Shown one piece after another: positions 18,302-27,298 of a stretch of 32,000 nt of DNA (its first letter is position 1; each line of letters starts with the position of its first letter). Source of the stretch: Nanoarchaeum equitans Kin4-M (lineage in GTDB: Archaea > Nanobdellota > Nanobdellia > Nanobdellales > Nanoarchaeaceae); assembly GCA_000008085.1 (NCBI GenBank), contig AE017199.1:120001-152000 (forward strand), in the 5' to 3' direction. The position numbers and the translations under genes were made by a program. The notes under the pieces are model-generated. The model saw only the letters and a program-made list of their open reading frames with translations, searched no databases and had not been told where the DNA came from.

Positions 18302-19480
18302 TTAGGTTGGGTTATTATTTAAAAATTTTATAGACTCTATTTCCGGGTATACTTTTTTTATGTCATATACACTAAAGGTTTTGTTTATTATGGTATATAA
18401 CCTACCGTCTTCCCTAATAAAGAATTTATTGTGTTTTTCTAGGAACTTGTCCAAATTAACCCACGCCGGAGGTCCCAAATGTTTTGTTTTTATTGTTATT
18501 TTCTCACAACAAACCCACAAATAGGATTTGTTTTTGTCAAAATCTATAGTATAGGCATAAACTTCAATACCATTTTTTTCTAAATAATTAACGATTTTTC
18601 TAGTTAATCTTGAAATTTTAGCATTTTTTATGTCTTCTTTAGTTTCTTCTACTCTAAAGGTTATTTCTAACATGGTTTCAAAATCGGATTTATTGATTTT
18701 GTACAAAATGTTATTATTTAAATACAAATAAGAATTCGCTATTATCAAAGCGAAGTTTTTATAGCTTAAAGAAGCCGCAACATTCCTTGTTTTATCTACT
18801 GGGTCTATTAATATTAATGGAGAAGCTGTTTTGTCTTTACCCAATTCATTTATTGCTTCTTTTATATTAGAATAATGCTTTTCTATATCGATAAAAACCT
18901 TGGGTTTCCATTTTAGAATACCTTTTAACAAATTAGTAAACCCTTTGTAATGTATAGTTAAAATCTCGCAAGCATATCCAGATAAACCACCTAAATAGGA
19001 TTCGGCCCCATAAGTGTTAATTAGTTTGTTAAAAATTTTGAAATATTTTGCATCATTTTCTAAACCTTTTATGTTCTTTTTTACCCATTCCACATGGAAT
19101 TGCGAAATATCTGTAACGAATTCCCTTTCTAAGGGGCTATCCAATTTTAATATTGGAACTATTTCGATTTTTAATCCCTCATAAAAGGTTTGGAAATAGT
19201 CCCTACTTCCATGTAGTTTTATATAAGGAACATTATGTTCTTTCAAAGTTTGCTCTATGTATATACTTATGTTTTGCCCTTTGTATTTTTTAGGAAACCT
19301 AACAAATATATCGATGTCTCTGCCCAACCAAGTGCCTTTTGCGTAGGAACCCCCTACAAAAACATCATAAATATGGGGAGTTTTCTCTAAAATGGGAATT
19401 ATGTAGTCTAAAGCTTTTTTAGCTTTTTCATAATCTTCTTTTTTTGGTAAAAATTGCTCAAAATTTGGTTTAAAATACAT
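18302..19480 (-). CDS. cca: CCA-adding tRNA nucleotidyltransferase (archaeal class I)
   Basis: DVFVGGSYAKGTWLGRDIDIFVRFPKK nucleotidyltransferase motif and archaeal CCA enzyme layout. Confidence 0.93.
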   Translation of the reverse strand: MYFKPNFEQFLPKKEDYEKAKKALDYIIPILEKTPHIYDVFVGGSYAKGTWLGRDIDIFVRFPKKYKGQNISIYIEQTLKEHNVPYIKLHGSRDYFQTFYEGLKIEIVPILKLDSPLEREFVTDISQFHVEWVKKNIKGLENDAKYFKIFNKLINTYGAESYLGGLSGYACEILTIHYKGFTNLLKGILKWKPKVFIDIEKHYSNIKEAINELGKDKTASPLILIDPVDKTRNVAASLSYKNFALIIANSYLYLNNNILYKINKSDFETMLEITFRVEETKEDIKNAKISRLTRKIVNYLEKNGIEVYAYTIDFDKNKSYLWVCCEKITIKTKHLGPPAWVNLDKFLEKHNKFFIREDGRLYTIINKTFSVYDIKKVYPEIESIKFLNNNPT

Positions 19481-19770
19481 TATTCTGTTTTTTCTTTCTT
19501 TTCTAACAATTTTAGTATCTTTTCTTCTAGTTTCTCTATTTTTTCAGTATTTTGTTCTACTTTTAGCTCAATGCTTAATAATCTTTCCTCTAACAATAGC
19601 ATTTTCTTTATTACAACTACTAATCCAATAAACATGCCAACAGAGATTGCTGCGCTAACATATATGTAAGGGATTAACTGCAAATGCGGTAACAAAGCTA
19701 ATAAATTTTGGTTCACTTCTTGGATTGATTTGTATACCATATCTAAGGTAACGTTTTGCATTATAATCAA
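19480..19770 (-). CDS. Small protein with TM segment and C-terminal coiled coil
   Basis: YIYVSAAISVGMFIGLVVVI followed by heptad-rich LLLEERLLSIELKVEQNTEKIEKLEEKILKLLEKKEK; stop overlaps the cca start by 1 nt. Confidence 0.65.
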   Translation of the reverse strand: MIIMQNVTLDMVYKSIQEVNQNLLALLPHLQLIPYIYVSAAISVGMFIGLVVVIKKMLLLEERLLSIELKVEQNTEKIEKLEEKILKLLEKKEKTE

Positions 19771-19791
19771 AATCGAAATAATTTATAAATT

Positions 19792-20172
19792 TTAGTGAGC
19801 TTTTACGGATTTATAGAATTTTTTGAATACAGAGCATAGAGTTGCTACTACTGCTACTATAACGATTAACAATTCTAACAAATCTATGTATTTTGTATAT
19901 GCTGCTACTCCTGCAAAGCCCTTAGCAACTCCAAAAGACAATAATACTCCTGCTAATAATAGCTTTAACAACTCTAAGAAAGAGTTAACCAAATATAATG
20001 CTCCAATCTCTTCGTTTACAACATATTTGGATAATAGGTAAAATAAATAGAAAGATGTCGCTAATGCTAATGATGGTGCCCCTATTACTGCTGCTACTGC
20101 CATTGCTATTACAAATACCAAACCCAAAACCACATCTCTCATTTCGAGGTTCATATAATTAATTGCAATCAT
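19792..20172 (-). CDS. Small hypothetical multi-pass membrane protein
   Basis: 126 aa with several hydrophobic segments. Confidence 0.65.
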   Translation of the reverse strand: MIAINYMNLEMRDVVLGLVFVIAMAVAAVIGAPSLALATSFYLFYLLSKYVVNEEIGALYLVNSFLELLKLLLAGVLLSFGVAKGFAGVAAYTKYIDLLELLIVIVAVVATLCSVFKKFYKSVKAH

Positions 20173-20259
20173 CTTTTAAAAATTATTACGGCTTTATCTA
20201 TTGATAGGGAATGATAGCCTTATTTAAATTGTGCTATAAAACAAGGGTTTAACAAAATT

Positions 20260-23145
20260 TTAAATAACATAAAAGTTGCCTTGTTTTAGAAGTTCTATCT
20301 TTTCTTTTGGTAGTTGTATTTTATATAGATCAATACATCTTAGTATTTCTTTTGCGTCTCTAGCTAAATATATACATCTTTTCCATTCAGGAATAGAGAA
20401 ATTGTTCGGATAAATTGTTTTGTAAATTTTTATTGGTTGTATTTCCCATGTTATGGCATGTTTATTATAGAGGGTTAACAAACTATATATATTCCTTATG
20501 TTTCTGCCTATTGCTCTATAGCCATCGTAAAATTTAAAGTATTTAGAATTGTCAAAGAAATAAAGCTTAACCCATAGCATATTTTCTGCTTTATTCATAA
20601 AGAATCCATAGAAATACCAGTTTGCATAAGAAGGCTTTTTAAATTCCATTGCTTTGCCAAACAATAATGTATTTTCCAAATCTATAGTTGGAGCTAAATA
20701 CAAACAACCATAGCCATTTTTGTTTAGTATTATCTTTTTATCAAAGATATAAACGCATCTTAATGGATAAGCCCTTTCATTTATTGCTTTAATTCCATAC
20801 GGGGTAGGTATTATGTCATACATGTATATTGTGCCATTAACTGGAATAGCATATTTCAAATCATTTGAAGTCAATACTACTAGTTTTTTCCCAAATTTAA
20901 CCCAAGGGTTTGCATAGCCTATTTCTGTTTTATACAAAGTGTGCGCTATATAATAATATTGGGTTGCAGTTCCATTTATTATTGGTTTGTCAAATTCTAG
21001 TTTTATTTTTAGAACATGTGAACAATAATTGCCATTAACATCTGGTATGCATTTTTCACCATAGTTTTCATCATCGTTCGGGAAATCTAATATATATTCT
21101 ATAGTATTATTGTTTATTACTTTTGCTTTCGCCCTTGTCACTATAGTAAATATATCGTAGTTTTCGTTACTTCCTAATTTAAGGAAAGCTTGGCTTTTAC
21201 CTATATCGGTATAATGTATTAATAAATATGTAGGTCTCGTCCCATTATAATTGTATTTAACATTTACTCCGAACCACTCTTTTAGTTTCTCTTTTATTGT
21301 GCTATTAAAGTTGGCATGTGCATATAATAATTCTAATGCCTCTGTTTCATTGTATGTGCCTAAAACATACCTACCAAATAGATGGTTCCAATAGGGATAA
21401 TAATTACCCCCATCTAAAAAAGTAACTCTATTTGTTTTGCCCAATATATTAGCAAAATATTGAGTTATATATCCATAATCCCACCAATGCGTTATTAAAG
21501 CATCTTTTTCCATTTTGTTAAATATTTGTTTTAACCCTATCCAATCTATTTCGCCTAAAGCGAATACTGGTTTTACAAAATAACCAGTAACAAATAATAA
21601 AGAAGCAAACAATATAGAACTAATAGATGGGAATAAGAACATAGCTAATATTGTTGTACCTACTGGTATAGCAGTTATTGGGTTTATATGTTTGTAATAC
21701 ACTAGAATTATTAGTATGGACAAAGCTATCGATACATATTTTATATATTTCTTGTTTATGTTCAAGTTTTCCAATTTTTTAAAAGCGTAACCAACAAGAA
21801 TTGGGACAGCAAAAGCACTGTAAAATATGGTTCTAACTGCTATTTGCCCTATAGCTAAGAAAAACATATTGCTTAATACAAATATTTTAGATAAGTTGGG
21901 CTTAGTGTAAAATATATTATACAAAATTATAACTAAATAAAATAATAAACTAGGTTTAAAACCAATTACATAGAAAGAGGCTAGTACATAGAACGCTAAT
22001 AAAATACTTTCCGTTAATGTTTCTCCAGCCAAGAATGCAGATATTACGGTAAAAGCTATACCAACCCATTCTAATGAATCATACCAATCTATAAATTGAG
22101 TGGGTCTTGCCTCAGCTACTGTGGACATAAATCTATTACCTGAATAAATATTAGACATTTTTAGTCTTTCAATTATAGATGGGAATAGGGGCATCAAAAA
22201 TAACAACGATAATATTGTATATAACATTAGTTTGTGGGTTTTGTCTTTTATTTTTAGCCTAGTTTCTAAAAATTCAGCTAATCCTAATGTGAATAATAAT
22301 ATACCACTAGCATATTGGGATGTATGCAAAACCCAAGGGGTTATATTTAAAGCGTAAGCGATAGCCATAACAAAGAATATGCTTAAACCCGGTATAACAA
22401 ATTCTTTTATTGGCTTATTGTGTATCCATCTTAATAACTCCATTATTTCTAGAGCGAATATAAATACAGCAGAGCCACCCCATGCTAAATAAAGAGAAAC
22501 AATCGATACTAATAAACTAATGGAATATAAAATTTTGTATTTTGGATTTGTTTCTTTTATTAGCCTATAATAAAGGAATAAAATTAAAATATAAAGAAAA
22601 GAAGCAATTGGTTCCTTTTCGAATCTTCCTGCTAATAATCTATAACCATTAGCAGGAAATACCGCAAATAGCAAAGCTGGTAGCCCAGTTCCAACCAATT
22701 CTTTAGATATATAATAGTATAAGATAACAGACAAACCGAAAAAGAATGGATTAGCTAATAATACAACCAAATTTTCGTAATTGTATATAGAAGTATTTAG
22801 ACCGAAAAAGTTTGCTATTAGCGATAAAAGCATAGTTAAGGGTTTTAGAAAATATAATACTATTGGATATAGAAAATGAACAGGATGTGGTGGAGTACTA
22901 CAGAAAGGAACATAGGCTAAACAATCTGGGAATATATTTATACCATGTAATACACTAAGGAAATATCTATAAGCCCTATAAGGATCTGGGCCGAGCAATT
23001 CTTCGGGATAAAGAGAACCTATTGTTACCGCTTTAAATAGAAATCCAGATAGAAATAACAGAATTAAAAATACAGGTTCTTTGTATTTTTCAATTTTTTC
23101 TAGCATTTTTAATCGAATTTGTGTTTTAGTCTTAGTCTGGGCCAT
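20260..23145 (-). CDS. aglB: Oligosaccharyltransferase STT3/AglB family
   Basis: 961 aa multi-TM protein with catalytic/recognition WWDYGYITQY motif; N-terminal GPDPYRAYRY. Confidence 0.94.
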   Translation of the reverse strand: MAQTKTKTQIRLKMLEKIEKYKEPVFLILLFLSGFLFKAVTIGSLYPEELLGPDPYRAYRYFLSVLHGINIFPDCLAYVPFCSTPPHPVHFLYPIVLYFLKPLTMLLSLIANFFGLNTSIYNYENLVVLLANPFFFGLSVILYYYISKELVGTGLPALLFAVFPANGYRLLAGRFEKEPIASFLYILILFLYYRLIKETNPKYKILYSISLLVSIVSLYLAWGGSAVFIFALEIMELLRWIHNKPIKEFVIPGLSIFFVMAIAYALNITPWVLHTSQYASGILLFTLGLAEFLETRLKIKDKTHKLMLYTILSLLFLMPLFPSIIERLKMSNIYSGNRFMSTVAEARPTQFIDWYDSLEWVGIAFTVISAFLAGETLTESILLAFYVLASFYVIGFKPSLLFYLVIILYNIFYTKPNLSKIFVLSNMFFLAIGQIAVRTIFYSAFAVPILVGYAFKKLENLNINKKYIKYVSIALSILIILVYYKHINPITAIPVGTTILAMFLFPSISSILFASLLFVTGYFVKPVFALGEIDWIGLKQIFNKMEKDALITHWWDYGYITQYFANILGKTNRVTFLDGGNYYPYWNHLFGRYVLGTYNETEALELLYAHANFNSTIKEKLKEWFGVNVKYNYNGTRPTYLLIHYTDIGKSQAFLKLGSNENYDIFTIVTRAKAKVINNNTIEYILDFPNDDENYGEKCIPDVNGNYCSHVLKIKLEFDKPIINGTATQYYYIAHTLYKTEIGYANPWVKFGKKLVVLTSNDLKYAIPVNGTIYMYDIIPTPYGIKAINERAYPLRCVYIFDKKIILNKNGYGCLYLAPTIDLENTLLFGKAMEFKKPSYANWYFYGFFMNKAENMLWVKLYFFDNSKYFKFYDGYRAIGRNIRNIYSLLTLYNKHAITWEIQPIKIYKTIYPNNFSIPEWKRCIYLARDAKEILRCIDLYKIQLPKEKIELLKQGNFYVI

Positions 23146-24920
23146 ATTCCTAGGGAAGTTAACTCATCTAAAAATAGTTTAAATGCATAGCTCATTTCTA
23201 CATAACTTATTTTCTCTGTTTCTCCACAAACTGGGCAATAAGCAGTGCCTTTTTCTTTGTTTTCTATTGCTATAGCCCCACATTTTTCACATACTGGGAC
23301 TTTTACTAAATCAGAACCAAATCTTTCATATAAACTAATTGCTGCACCATGAGATAAAATTACATCAGTTTCCATTTCTCCAAATCTTAAACCACCTTCT
23401 CTGGATTTACCTTCTGTAGGTTGCCTTGTAAGTATAGCCATGGGCCCTCTAGCCCTTGCATGCAATTTGTTTGCTGCTAAGAATTTCAATTTATGATACC
23501 ACATCACTCCTACAAATATTTTTACTTTGTATTCCTCCCCAGTTATTGGGTCATACATTGTTTCTGTGCCATCCTCTCTAAAACCTAATCTTAATAATTG
23601 TTTTCTTAAATCTTCTACAGGCTCTTCTTCCCATGGGGTACCATCAACAGCTTTCCCTCTTAAAGAAGCAACTTTTCCTGCTACCAATTCTATTATTTGC
23701 CCTATTGTCATCCTACTAGGCAAACCATGGGGGTTAAATATTAGGTCTGGCACTATACCACTCGCAGTAAATGGCATATCTGATGGAGGTACAATTAACC
23801 CTATAACACCTTTTTGACCATGTCTAGATGAAAACTTATCTCCAATCTCTGTAGGTCTTTCCATTCTTATTCTAACTCTTACTTTTAGATTGCTGTCTTC
23901 TCCTTCAGTAACTAATACACTATCAACAATACCCTCTTCTTCGCTTCTAACTGTTATAGAGGAATCTCTTTTTTGCAATGTTGCAGCTCCAAGCAATGCT
24001 AGTTCTCCCCCTTCTAAAAACCTTGGTGGGGAAATTCTACCAATTAATACATCTTTTCCTTTAACTTCTGCTTCTGGGTATACAATACCATCACTTTCTA
24101 AATGTCTATAATGTTTTTCTCCCTTGTAGCCTCTAACATCGGGACTTGGCACAGTTATTTCATCACTTAATCCTAAAGCATATTTCCTTTCTACTGCTTC
24201 ATAAGGTCTAAAGTACATTGTTCTAGTAAAACCAAAGTCTATAGCATTTCTATTAATTACTAAAGCATCCTGTGTGTTGTAACCTTCGTAAGCCATTACT
24301 GCAACAACCATATTATAGCCTGCGGGTCTTTCATCAAACCTAATTAAATCATGCACTATTGTTCTAACCAAAGGTTTTTGTAATGTTTGTGCTACATGCA
24401 CATCGGATTCGAATCTTAATGGGTAAGCCACACTATATAAACCTAGGGCCTGTCTTTGAGTTCTTTCTCCTCTATTTAGCCTAGCAGATTGGTTAAACCT
24501 CGCATATGGAACTGCAGCGGATAATATTCCTAAAATTACTTGAGGACCTATTTCTAAATGTGTATGTTCTGGAGTTAAATCCTCTATATCTAATGCTATA
24601 TATGCGTTTTCTTCTTCAGCAGCATCTAAATATTCTATAATACCTTGTTTAACTAAATCATCCCATTTTAGTTTGCCTTGTGCTAATAACTCTATATGCT
24701 TTTGAGTTAATTTTGGTTTCCCATTCTCTACAACAATTAAAGGTCTAACTATTCTACCTCCATCTGTATAAATATAAATATCATTTTGTTCATCCAGATA
24801 AATATTAACTGTTTCGGGCAAATAACCTAAACGTCTTTTTTTCCTAAATTCTTGAACGAACTTTTCAGGGTTATCGGTTTTGCCTATATATTTGCCATTC
24901 AAATATATATCGCCAACCAC
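23109..24920 (-). CDS. rpoB1: DNA-directed RNA polymerase subunit B' (C-terminal half of split B)
   Basis: 603 aa; ARFNQSARLNRGERTQRQALG, GDKFSSRHGQKGVIG, NPHGLPSRMTIGQ, GGLRFGEMETD, C-terminal zinc-binding CEKCGAI...YCPVCG. Confidence 0.96.
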   Translation of the reverse strand: MVGDIYLNGKYIGKTDNPEKFVQEFRKKRRLGYLPETVNIYLDEQNDIYIYTDGGRIVRPLIVVENGKPKLTQKHIELLAQGKLKWDDLVKQGIIEYLDAAEEENAYIALDIEDLTPEHTHLEIGPQVILGILSAAVPYARFNQSARLNRGERTQRQALGLYSVAYPLRFESDVHVAQTLQKPLVRTIVHDLIRFDERPAGYNMVVAVMAYEGYNTQDALVINRNAIDFGFTRTMYFRPYEAVERKYALGLSDEITVPSPDVRGYKGEKHYRHLESDGIVYPEAEVKGKDVLIGRISPPRFLEGGELALLGAATLQKRDSSITVRSEEEGIVDSVLVTEGEDSNLKVRVRIRMERPTEIGDKFSSRHGQKGVIGLIVPPSDMPFTASGIVPDLIFNPHGLPSRMTIGQIIELVAGKVASLRGKAVDGTPWEEEPVEDLRKQLLRLGFREDGTETMYDPITGEEYKVKIFVGVMWYHKLKFLAANKLHARARGPMAILTRQPTEGKSREGGLRFGEMETDVILSHGAAISLYERFGSDLVKVPVCEKCGAIAIENKEKGTAYCPVCGETEKISYVEMSYAFKLFLDELTSLGIWPRLRLKHKFD

Positions 24921-24953
24921 CGAGGTTTTATATAGTATAGATTAAAAGCATTA

Positions 24954-24999
24954 TCAGCAATCCGCCTTTTCATCATTGTTCAGCCTTTTTCTTCATCAC
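24954..24999 (-). ncRNA. Candidate box C/D sRNA overlapping the 3' end of the Nog1-like gene
   Basis: Minus strand reads GTGATGA (C) - AGAAAAAGG (9) - CTGA (D') - ACA - ATGATGA (C') - AAAGGCGGATTG (12) - CTGA (D). All four boxes match consensus. Confidence 0.7.
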
Positions 25000-25932
25000 T
25001 TCTATAGCCTTATTCATTAGATACTCTTTAAGCTCTTTTGGGTTAGTAAAACCCTTTATATTTAATTTCTTATACAAAGCCCATTCTTTGTCTGTAAATA
25101 GATCGGTTTTAGAGAAATAGATTATTGGATTGCCAAACTCTTTTTTAATTTGTTCTAATAAGTTTAGTTGGTTCTTTAATGGGGCGCTAGTTTCGGTTAG
25201 GTCTATAATATATATTATATCGTCGGCTAAATACCTTAAAGCTAGGACTGCTCTTTTTTCTATTTTATTTATTTTATCTAATGGCCTATCCAATATTCCA
25301 GGGGTGTCTATTACTGCTATATCTCCGAAAGGGGTTTTGATTTTACCAATCAAAATTTGTTTTGTTGTAAATGGGTAATTCGCAGTTTTTACTTTATTGT
25401 TTGTTAATATATTTAACAAAGTGGATTTACCCACATTCGGCAACCCACTAATTACCACATTGTATATAGAATTCCCAATATAAGGGAACTCTTTTAAGTT
25501 TTTTTCTATTTCTCTTAGCTCGTCAAATGGCAACTCTTTTATTATAGAAGATACTCTCCCATAGAAGGATTTTCTTGCATTTCTTATTTGCTCTATATTA
25601 GATGCGCCTTTAATTTTATTTTTGTATTGTTGGAATAGCTTATCAATAAAATCTGCACTGTATTTGAATTTTGCTAAAGTTCCTTTATATTTTTTAATTC
25701 CTATATAAGTATCTAATAGCTCAACATAAAATATTGGCATATCCTTTATTCTAGGAAAGCTCTCAACTATTTTATTTAATTTAGATACTAAATAATCTCT
25801 TACTACTTTTATTCTATTGATTTCGGTTTCCTTTATTTTAGCTAATCCTTTTTTCTTTGATTGTCTATATACCGCTTGAGAAACAATTCTTGCTTTTTCG
25901 AATGCTTTATCTAATAGTTTAGACGCATCCAC
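24973..25932 (-). CDS. Nog1/Obg-related GTPase
   Basis: NVVISGLPNVGKSTLLNILTN, ANYPFTTKQILIG, VIDTPGILDRPL, FSKTDL; Nog1-type N-terminal helical region; GTG start. Confidence 0.93.
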   Translation of the reverse strand: MDASKLLDKAFEKARIVSQAVYRQSKKKGLAKIKETEINRIKVVRDYLVSKLNKIVESFPRIKDMPIFYVELLDTYIGIKKYKGTLAKFKYSADFIDKLFQQYKNKIKGASNIEQIRNARKSFYGRVSSIIKELPFDELREIEKNLKEFPYIGNSIYNVVISGLPNVGKSTLLNILTNNKVKTANYPFTTKQILIGKIKTPFGDIAVIDTPGILDRPLDKINKIEKRAVLALRYLADDIIYIIDLTETSAPLKNQLNLLEQIKKEFGNPIIYFSKTDLFTDKEWALYKKLNIKGFTNPKELKEYLMNKAIEVMKKKAEQ

Positions 25933-25965
25933 CTCGTTAGTTATAAAATATAGAGATTTAAAAAC

Positions 25966-26014
25966 TCAGTCTCCGGGTTCTTCTTCATTTATCTGAGTAG
26001 TCTAGCGTCATCAT
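25966..26014 (-). ncRNA. Candidate box C/D sRNA upstream of the Nog1-like gene
   Basis: Minus strand reads ATGATGA (C) - CGCTAGACTACT (12) - CAGA (D', one mismatch) - TAA - ATGAAGA (C', one mismatch) - AGAACCCGGAGA (12) - CTGA (D). Intergenic, with canonical archaeal spacing. Confidence 0.82.
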
Positions 26015-26042
26015 TTATAATTGGGCTTTCGCTTTTACGATT

Positions 26043-26624
26043 GTGAAAAACCTAGAATTTAAAGGAGAATATAAAGATCTAATAATTAGTGGTAAAAAGG
26101 TTGCTACAATTAGGATTGGTAAGCTACCAATAAAAAAGGGACAAAAATTATATATACATTCTGGGGGCTATGTTATTGGAGAAGCGATAGTAAAAGATGT
26201 TAAAATAATAAGGCTAAAAGATATAGATAACGATATGGCAAAAAAAGACGGATTTGAATCGAAAGAAGAGTTAATAGCTAAACTTAAAGAGCATTATCCT
26301 TTTTTAAAAAAGGACGAGCCATTAACTTATATAGAGTTCGAGTTTAAACCATATGAAAATCCTATCCCTAGTGAAGACTTTGCTTGGCAAGGTTTCGAAA
26401 AAAACCCAATAGAGATTGCTAAAATCGGAATAGAAAAGAAAGATGAATTATTGTTATCAAACAAAGAAGTTGAATTGCTTAAAATTCTAATCGAAGAGGG
26501 CTCTATAAGAAAAGCAGCATTAAGGTTAGGAAATCTAAAGAAGAGAGAGATATTTAGAAGGATATTAAGAAAAATAATGCGACGCCTTCAATCTATGGAG
26601 TCAACTAAGGATTTAAGTGAGTGA
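26043..26624 (+). CDS. ASCH (PUA-like) domain protein with C-terminal helix-turn-helix
   Basis: N-term YKDLIISGKKVATIRIGKLPIKKGQKLYIHSGG...GEAIVKDVKI; C-term LLKILIEEGSIRKAALRLGNLKKREIFRRILRKIMRRL resembles an HTH; GTG start. Confidence 0.8.
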   Translation: MKNLEFKGEYKDLIISGKKVATIRIGKLPIKKGQKLYIHSGGYVIGEAIVKDVKIIRLKDIDNDMAKKDGFESKEELIAKLKEHYPFLKKDEPLTYIEFEFKPYENPIPSEDFAWQGFEKNPIEIAKIGIEKKDELLLSNKEVELLKILIEEGSIRKAALRLGNLKKREIFRRILRKIMRRLQSMESTKDLSE

Positions 26625-26727
26625 CCAGTTTTAATTGCAGTTTTGCTTGCATTCGATGTTAAAGTAGTACTAATTAAAATTAATGCCAAGGATAAAACCA
26701 AAATAATTATATAATTAACTATCGCTC

Positions 26728-27267
26728 TCATCTTCCATATAAATAAACAAATTCTTGCTTTTCTAATGCGTGCTCTTTGACAAACTTTATTATATCGGTT
26801 TTTTCTATTATGTCTTTATCCGGTTTGCTGTCCAATTTATATACTTCGAATACATATCTATGGGGTTTCCCTTTTGGAGGGCAAGGTCCATCGTAGCCAA
26901 TTCCTTTAATATTGCCAGTAATATAATTATAATAGTAGAAATCATTGTAGGTTTGTATAAAGTTTTCACCTTTGTGTGTTTTTGGTAACCCCTCTAGTAT
27001 CTCTTTGCCCCAAAATATTATTCCCCAATGGAACCAATCGCCCGCGGGAGCATCGGGGTCATGCATTATTATAGCATAAATACCTGGCTCGTTAAACTCT
27101 ATTCTTGGATTAATGTTTTCGCCATCACAAGTATATTTTTTAGGCATGAATTCACTATCTATATATATTTTGGCAAACCCCATATTATTTGAGGGAGGCG
27201 AAAAATAATAAAATATGAAACCAACGGATAGTAGTAAAGGGATCGCTATTAAAACTTTTTTCTCCAT
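26728..27267 (-). CDS. PEBP / YbhB-YbcL family protein, membrane-anchored or secreted
   Basis: YTCDGENINPRIEF, IIMHDPDAPAGDWFHWGI, GIGYDGPCPPKGKPHRYVFEVY with N-terminal hydrophobic segment. Confidence 0.93.
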   Translation of the reverse strand: MEKKVLIAIPLLLSVGFIFYYFSPPSNNMGFAKIYIDSEFMPKKYTCDGENINPRIEFNEPGIYAIIMHDPDAPAGDWFHWGIIFWGKEILEGLPKTHKGENFIQTYNDFYYYNYITGNIKGIGYDGPCPPKGKPHRYVFEVYKLDSKPDKDIIEKTDIIKFVKEHALEKQEFVYLYGR

Positions 27268-27298
27268 ATATTTTTAAATTTTATACATTTAAAGCTAT

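Noticed and set aside
20173-20259. Possible hairpin ggctttatctattgatagggaatgatagcc downstream of aglB
   Set aside because: Pairing is interrupted and weak; could be chance in AT-rich sequence, not enough for a terminator or RNA call.
23527-24111. Plus-strand ORFs opposite rpoB'
   Set aside because: Shadow ORFs of the polymerase gene.
26625-26727. Intergenic segment with partial inverted repeats (ttgcagttttgcttgca)
   Set aside because: Only about 4 bp pair consistently; no C/D or convincing H/ACA or terminator structure.
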